From an uncultured Clostridia bacterium (GTDB lineage Bacteria > Bacillota > Clostridia > Christensenellales > Borkfalkiaceae): a stretch of DNA of 64,000 bases. The notes under the pieces are model-generated. The model ran no database searches, was not told the origin of the DNA, and worked only from the letters and a program-made list of their open reading frames with translations. Shown here piece after piece: positions 59,726 to 64,000 of the stretch. Numbering within the stretch: position 1 is the first letter of the stretch; every line of letters begins with the position of its first letter. The stretch covers positions 92 through 64,091 of the forward strand of contig CALVWR010000011.1 of the NCBI GenBank assembly GCA_944367565.1, in the 5' to 3' direction. Position numbers and translations under genes: made by a program.

Positions 59726-59754
59726 ATTGTAGTATAAAAAAAAGATTGTGTCAA
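59726..59754 (-). promoter_or_regulatory. Promoter of the TPP riboswitch-thiT unit
   Basis: On the minus strand: TTGACA (59754-59749), a 17-nt spacer, then TACAAT (59731-59726). Confidence 0.65.
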
Positions 59755-59791
59755 ACGTTTGAATGTGCTATACTGAAAACGGAGAAAGAAG

Positions 59792-60367
59792 ATGATCAAA
59801 TTTTTTGCGTTTCTGGACAGAATGAAATACATCCGGCGCTGGTCGCTCATGCGATCGCTGCGGGAGGAGAACATCATGGAGCATACGGAGCAGGTGACGG
59901 TGATCGCGCACGCGCTTTCGATAATAGCCGGTAAAATCTTTCATAAAGAAGTCGACGCCGGCCGCGCCGCGCTGTACGCTCTGTATCACGAAACGGGCGA
60001 AGTGCTGACGGGCGATCTGCCTACGCCGATCAAATATTACAACGAAGAGATCCGCGGCGCGTACAAGGATCTGGAAAAAAAGGCGGAAATCAAACTGCTG
60101 GGAATGCTTCCCGACGAATTGCGGGCGGAATATGAAGCGTACGTTTTGCCCGATACGGAGTCGTACGAATACCGCCTCGCCAAGGCGGCGGATAAAATTT
60201 CTGCGTATCTCAAATGCGTGGAGGAAGTGAAGGCGGGCAATCCGGAATTCCGCAAGGCGAAGGTCGCCACGCTGCGTGCGATCAGGGCGTTCGATCTGGA
60301 AGAGGTGAAATATTTTATGGAAAACATCGCGCCGGCGTACGAACTTACGCTGGACGAACTCGACTGA
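59792..60367 (+). CDS. HD-domain 5'-deoxynucleotidase (YfbR-like)
   Basis: FLDRMKYIRRWSLMRSLREENIMEHTEQV ... YHETGEVLTGDLPTPIKY. The H..HD..D metal motif layout is as in YfbR. Confidence 0.75.
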   Translation: MIKFFAFLDRMKYIRRWSLMRSLREENIMEHTEQVTVIAHALSIIAGKIFHKEVDAGRAALYALYHETGEVLTGDLPTPIKYYNEEIRGAYKDLEKKAEIKLLGMLPDELRAEYEAYVLPDTESYEYRLAKAADKISAYLKCVEEVKAGNPEFRKAKVATLRAIRAFDLEEVKYFMENIAPAYELTLDELD

Positions 60368-60385
60368 CGGCAAAGGGAGAAATTT

Positions 60386-61294
60386 ATGGATATCAACAAA
60401 TATAATCCGAAAGGAAAGATGAGTACGAAACATATTTTTTCCGTATCCGATCTGGAAGAATCGGATATTTACGAGATCCTGCACCTTGCGCGCAAACTCA
60501 AGCAGAAACAGCAGGTCAAGGAAAAACTGAGCGTTTTTGACGGCAAGAACGTGGCGATCATGCTGAAAAGCAGTTCTTCGCGCGTGCGGATTTCCTTCGA
60601 GCTTGCCATCAACCGGATCGGGGGAAAAACGCTGTATCTTTCCCCGTCGGACGCGGATTTCTACCGCGGACTCGATTATCTGGACGTGGCGCATATTTTG
60701 CGTTCGTACGGCGTGAACGGACTGATCGTCAAGAATCTTTCGGCGGAAGCCGTTGCGCAGCTGAGGGGCAACGTTTTGCCCGTGATCCACTTAAAGGACG
60801 GAAGAAGCAGCGCCTGCCAGATTCTTGCCAACCTGTATACGATGTGGGAAGCGTCGGGGCGGCTTACGGGCATGAAATATGCGGCGCTGGGAAACTTTGT
60901 CGCGCCCGAAGCGGAAGAGATCAACGCCTATGTGCGCTGCGGCGCGGAAGTGACGCTCTGCGCTCCGGAAGATCTTTTGCCTTCCGGAGAACAGCTGAGG
61001 AATATTTCCCAATACGGGGACGTATTGCTTACTTCTTCCGTCGCGAAGGCGGTCGGCAATGCCGATATCGTGACCACCGTGTGGGACGGCGAAATAGACC
61101 GGCTGACTTCCTACGCCGCGACGGAAGAGCTTTTCCGGGAAAATCCCAAGGCGAAATACCTGCACGTTCTCCCGGTTCATCACGGAACGGAGGTCGCGGA
61201 TTCCGTGCTTTACGGCGAAAGATCCGCCGTCTTTACCCGCGCGGCGAATCTTATTTATGTGGAACAGGCAATGGTTATGCTGTATTTCCGCTGA
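60386..61294 (+). CDS. Ornithine/aspartate carbamoyltransferase-fold protein with divergent active-site motifs
   Basis: 302 aa, colinear with OTCase/ATCase. However, STRTR reads SSRVR, the HPxQ region reads SACQ, and HCLP reads HVLP. Confidence 0.55.
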   Translation: MDINKYNPKGKMSTKHIFSVSDLEESDIYEILHLARKLKQKQQVKEKLSVFDGKNVAIMLKSSSSRVRISFELAINRIGGKTLYLSPSDADFYRGLDYLDVAHILRSYGVNGLIVKNLSAEAVAQLRGNVLPVIHLKDGRSSACQILANLYTMWEASGRLTGMKYAALGNFVAPEAEEINAYVRCGAEVTLCAPEDLLPSGEQLRNISQYGDVLLTSSVAKAVGNADIVTTVWDGEIDRLTSYAATEELFRENPKAKYLHVLPVHHGTEVADSVLYGERSAVFTRAANLIYVEQAMVMLYFR

Positions 61295-61423
61295 AAAACA
61301 TCTTTTGTGCAAGGTGTACGGAAACGGCGTGTATATTTATGAATTTTGCCCATTGTAAAAATCTTTCATTTATAGTAAAATAAAAACATAAAGCAAAAGC
61401 ATATTTTGGAGGAAAGGCTTTTT

Positions 61424-62821
61424 ATGGCAAGTTTACAGTTAAAGAATATCTATAAAGTATATCCTTCCGGCGTAACCGCCGTTTCGGATTTTAACCTCGA
61501 TATTCAGGATAAGGAGTTCATCGTTTTCGTCGGCCCGTCGGGCTGCGGAAAATCGACCACGCTCCGTATGATCGCGGGACTGGAAGAAATTTCCGACGGC
61601 GAACTCTATATCGACGGCGAACTGAAGAACAACGTCGCCCCCAAGGACAGGGATATCGCCATGGTGTTCCAGAACTACGCGCTTTATCCGCACATGACCG
61701 TTTACGACAATATGGCGTTCGGTCTGAAACTCAGAAAGGTTCCCAAGGCGGAAATCGACGAAAGGGTGAAGGAAGCGGCGAGAATTCTCGGCATCGAAAT
61801 GTATCTTACCAGAAAGCCGAAAGCGCTTTCCGGCGGTCAGAGACAGCGTGTCGCGCTGGGACGTGCTATCGTCCGTGAACCGAAAGTATTCCTTCTGGAC
61901 GAACCTCTTTCCAACCTCGATGCGAAACTGCGCGCGCAGATGAGAACGGAAATCACCAAGATCCATAACCGTCTTGCCACCACGTTTATTTACGTCACGC
62001 ACGATCAGGTCGAGGCCATGACGATGGGTACGCGTATCGTCGTTATGAAAGACGGCTTCATGCAGCAGGTGGACGCGCCGCAGGCGCTTTACGATTACCC
62101 CATCAACCAGTTTGTGGCGGGCTTCATCGGCACGCCGCAGATGAACTTCTTCACGGCGAAGCTGACCGGGACGAAGGATAAGGTTTATGTGGAATTCGGC
62201 GAAGAAAAACTGCTTTTGCCCAAGGAGAAGGTCGATCTGATTTATTCTCTTGAAGATTATCTCAACACCGATAAGGAAGTGACCTTCGGCGTGCGTCCGG
62301 AAGATCTGCACATCGAAGAAGATCTCATTGCAAAACACCCCGAATATTGTATGCCGGTAGATGTGGACGTCGTGGAAATGCTCGGCTCGGAAACGCTGCT
62401 TTACGGCAAGCTGAGAAAGTCCGTCGAAGAGCAGGAATCGGATAATCCGGATGAAATCAAATCCATTGTGGACGACGTTTCCAATCTCATCGCGAAAGTG
62501 GATTCGCGTTCGCAGGTCAAGCGCGGGGATAAGATCCAGATGCTCATCGATATGGCGCACTGCCACCTCTTCGATAAAGAAACGGAAATGACCATCATCG
62601 CGCGCGATGCGGAAGCGAAGAAAGCATATCTCGAAAACAAGAAGGAAGAGGAAGCGAAAGCTGCCGCCGCCGCGGAAGCCGGCGAAGCGGCTCCCGCAGC
62701 GGAAGCGGCGCCTGTGCAGGAACCCGCTCCCAAAAAGAGCTTTAAGGATCTTTTCAAGAAAAAAGCCAAAGCCGAAAAGCATGAGGCCGAAAAGTCCGAC
62801 GAAGAGAAAACCGAAGAATAA
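61424..62821 (+). CDS. Sugar ABC transporter ATP-binding protein (MsmX/MalK/UgpC type) with a ~100-aa low-complexity C-terminal tail
   Basis: [58 protein letters not shown] and a TOBE-like regulatory domain. A Lys/Glu/Ala/Pro-rich tail follows ([33 protein letters not shown]...). ATG at 61424 sits behind ggagga. Confidence 0.9.
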   Translation: MASLQLKNIYKVYPSGVTAVSDFNLDIQDKEFIVFVGPSGCGKSTTLRMIAGLEEISDGELYIDGELKNNVAPKDRDIAMVFQNYALYPHMTVYDNMAFGLKLRKVPKAEIDERVKEAARILGIEMYLTRKPKALSGGQRQRVALGRAIVREPKVFLLDEPLSNLDAKLRAQMRTEITKIHNRLATTFIYVTHDQVEAMTMGTRIVVMKDGFMQQVDAPQALYDYPINQFVAGFIGTPQMNFFTAKLTGTKDKVYVEFGEEKLLLPKEKVDLIYSLEDYLNTDKEVTFGVRPEDLHIEEDLIAKHPEYCMPVDVDVVEMLGSETLLYGKLRKSVEEQESDNPDEIKSIVDDVSNLIAKVDSRSQVKRGDKIQMLIDMAHCHLFDKETEMTIIARDAEAKKAYLENKKEEEAKAAAAAEAGEAAPAAEAAPVQEPAPKKSFKDLFKKKAKAEKHEAEKSDEEKTEE

Positions 62822-62843
62822 TCGGCAACAGCCGTAAATTTAA

Positions 62844-62890
62844 GAAAGCCCGCGTCTAAGGCGCGGGCTTTCTTGTGTTCTTGTGTTTTT
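62844..62890 (+). terminator. Intrinsic terminator after the ATPase gene
   Basis: gaaagcccgcg tctaagg cgcgggctttc forms an 11-bp stem, followed by a T-rich tract ending in ttttttt. Confidence 0.8.
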
Positions 62891-63124
62891 TTGATGCAAA
62901 AATATAAATTTCTTGCGCCTGTCATTGCGCCGCAACGGCAGGTTTTATTATTTTTACACTATGGATATCCTACATGTGATTTTAAGCCCTATGCGGCTTC
63001 CGATTCCGTCACTCGGGCATATTTATTCATTTTTTACCGTTTTTATACAATACAAAGAATTTAAATTTCTTACGTCTGTCAATTCCGCTATACTCGCATA
63101 ATTATTCAATTTGCACCGCATTTA

Positions 63125-63380
63125 TTCAGTTTGTAAGATTTAAAACCCTGCGCGGTTGCCGTTCCGGCAGGCGAATATCAAACACCCGAGGGGCTGATCG
63201 GGGATTTACACCCGAAGATCCGCTGTTTACCCTGACGGTAGCCGCGGACACCGCGAAAAGGTATTGCAAGCGTCTGGGGATAAAGTTTTTCCCCACCCGC
63301 TATAAACCTTTGACGATGGTGGTGTATATAACTTAATAAAAACGAAGAGACTGTTACCAGCGGTAGCAGTCTCTTTTTTA
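63125..63380 (+). ncRNA. Candidate structured small RNA or orphan leader of unknown class, ending in a strong terminator
   Basis: A GC-rich segment sits in an AT-rich intergenic region. Its local hairpins are tgccg(ttc)cggca, cgcgg(aca)ccgcg and gggga(taaagtttt)tcccc. The terminator is gagactgttacc agc ggtagcagtctc plus tttttt (63347-63380). There is no credible ORF. A possible promoter is tttctt-17 nt-tatact at ~63066-63094. Confidence 0.4.
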
Positions 63381-63629
63381 TTGCGTTAATTTACGCAGAA
63401 CTATTGACAAAGTATTTTGATTATGGTAATATAAAAATAAGCAAAGGATATTTTAAGCTATATTTTATATATTTCCGCCAGAGATAAATCTGTCGTAAAT
63501 GTATAACGTCTAATTTGGAATATTGTTTGCTTGCTGAGAGGAGAGGTGTATTCTCTTTTATGCAAGCTCTTTTTATATCCTTTGCAAAAATAATTTGCAG
63601 AGGCTTTTTTATGCCTCAAAGGAGTTTTT

Positions 63630-64000
63630 ATGTTAAAAAAAGAAGCAATCGCAACCATTGAAGACGTGATCGGGTATGTGTTTGACAACAAGCAACTGAT
63701 CTCACAGGCTTTCACGCGTTCATCCTATCATTATGAGCATCCGGAAGATCAGGACAATGAAGTGCTGGAATTCGTGGGAGATTCCGTTCTTTCGTTGATC
63801 GTGGTAAATATTCTTTGTAAAGAATATACGGGCATGGATGGTAGCGGATATTATTCCTGTCGGGACGAAGGGGATCTGAGCGCTTTGAAAAGTGCTCTTG
63901 TCAACAAACAGTTTTTGGCAAAGCAAATGGGCAAACTTTGTCTGCAAGAGTATTTAAGAATGAGTATCGGAGATGAAATACAGGGCGTAAAAAACGGAAA
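63630..64000 (+). CDS. Ribonuclease III family protein, 3' end beyond the window
   Basis: Missing from the ORF track because the frame is open at the window end. ATG at 63630 sits behind aaaggag. The translation is MLKKEAIATIEDVIGYVFDNKQLISQAFTRSSY...NEVLEFVGDSVLSLIV...LSALKSALVNKQFLA, which contains the RNase III signature (E-F-x-G-D-x-V-L). G+C is markedly lower than in neighbouring core genes. Confidence 0.7.
   Translation, partial: MLKKEAIATIEDVIGYVFDNKQLISQAFTRSSYHYEHPEDQDNEVLEFVGDSVLSLIVVNILCKEYTGMDGSGYYSCRDEGDLSALKSALVNKQFLAKQMGKLCLQEYLRMSIGDEIQGVKNG

Noticed and set aside
24940-62782. Very long antisense ORFs mirroring real genes. Examples are 38093-39925 (610 aa), 45083-46945 (620 aa), 47914-49848 (644 aa), 61439-62782 (447 aa), 34160-35389, 55524-56588, 59768-60790, 24940-25941 and 26099-27058.
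   Set aside because: Their translations are Arg/His/Pro-rich low-complexity strings with no motifs. Each lies exactly opposite a gene with clear family signatures. Such shadow ORFs are expected when the sense genes avoid the TTA/CTA/TCA codons in GC-rich, codon-biased genomes.
63125-63345. Assignment of the candidate sRNA to the glycine, c-di-GMP-II or c-di-AMP riboswitch classes.
   Set aside because: Only short partial resemblances exist (acccgaggggc versus ACCGAAGGGGCAA; acggtagccgcgg...gatgg versus the c-di-GMP-II 3' region). The overall architecture does not fit, and no appropriate regulated gene follows directly.

Overview
The window appears to come from a Firmicutes/Clostridia-like chromosome. 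Evidence: a yyaC sporulation-protease homologue, soj/spo0J, Gram-positive-style RBSs, and coding regions of roughly 55-60% G+C. Gene order is as follows. (1) An IS30-family IS, cut by the left window edge. (2) A minus-strand housekeeping block: cvpA-like, yyaC, DUF2156-GNAT, an SPFH/NfeD pair, a lipoprotein, a multi-zinc-ribbon membrane protein, parB, parA and ftsH. (3) A ~3.9 kb interval with no credible gene (12626-16506). It consists of an ~830 bp mosaic of nested direct repeats followed by a ~2.9 kb block of only ~20-25% G+C. That block has no ORF of 60 aa or more on either strand and contains two perfect parS palindromes 28 bp apart. (4) Two lower-GC hypothetical membrane proteins, then IS30 debris. 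(5) A long, almost entirely plus-strand run: a ClC channel, a GNAT, two permeases, a four-gene acyltransferase / acyl-AMP ligase / FHA-FHA-ABC exporter operon, fucO, NUDIX plus CDF, and a ~20 kb AraC-flanked Gram-positive glycan-utilisation locus. That locus holds three giant paralogous secreted proteins, an SBP with two permeases but no ATPase, and three putative glycosidases. Next come an amino-sugar-type catabolic operon, a TPP-riboswitch-controlled double-length ThiT, a yfbR-like gene, a divergent transcarbamylase-fold protein, an MsmX-like ATPase, a candidate terminated sRNA and a partial RNase III-like gene. The most unusual feature is the gene-free, repeat-rich, AT-rich, parS-bearing interval. 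It also coincides with the switch in gene orientation: 9 of 11 CDS are on minus to its left, 31 of 35 intact CDS on plus to its right. I found no dnaA gene and no recognisable DnaA-box cluster there. All calls come from reading the sequence and ORF translations. No database search or computed statistic was available.
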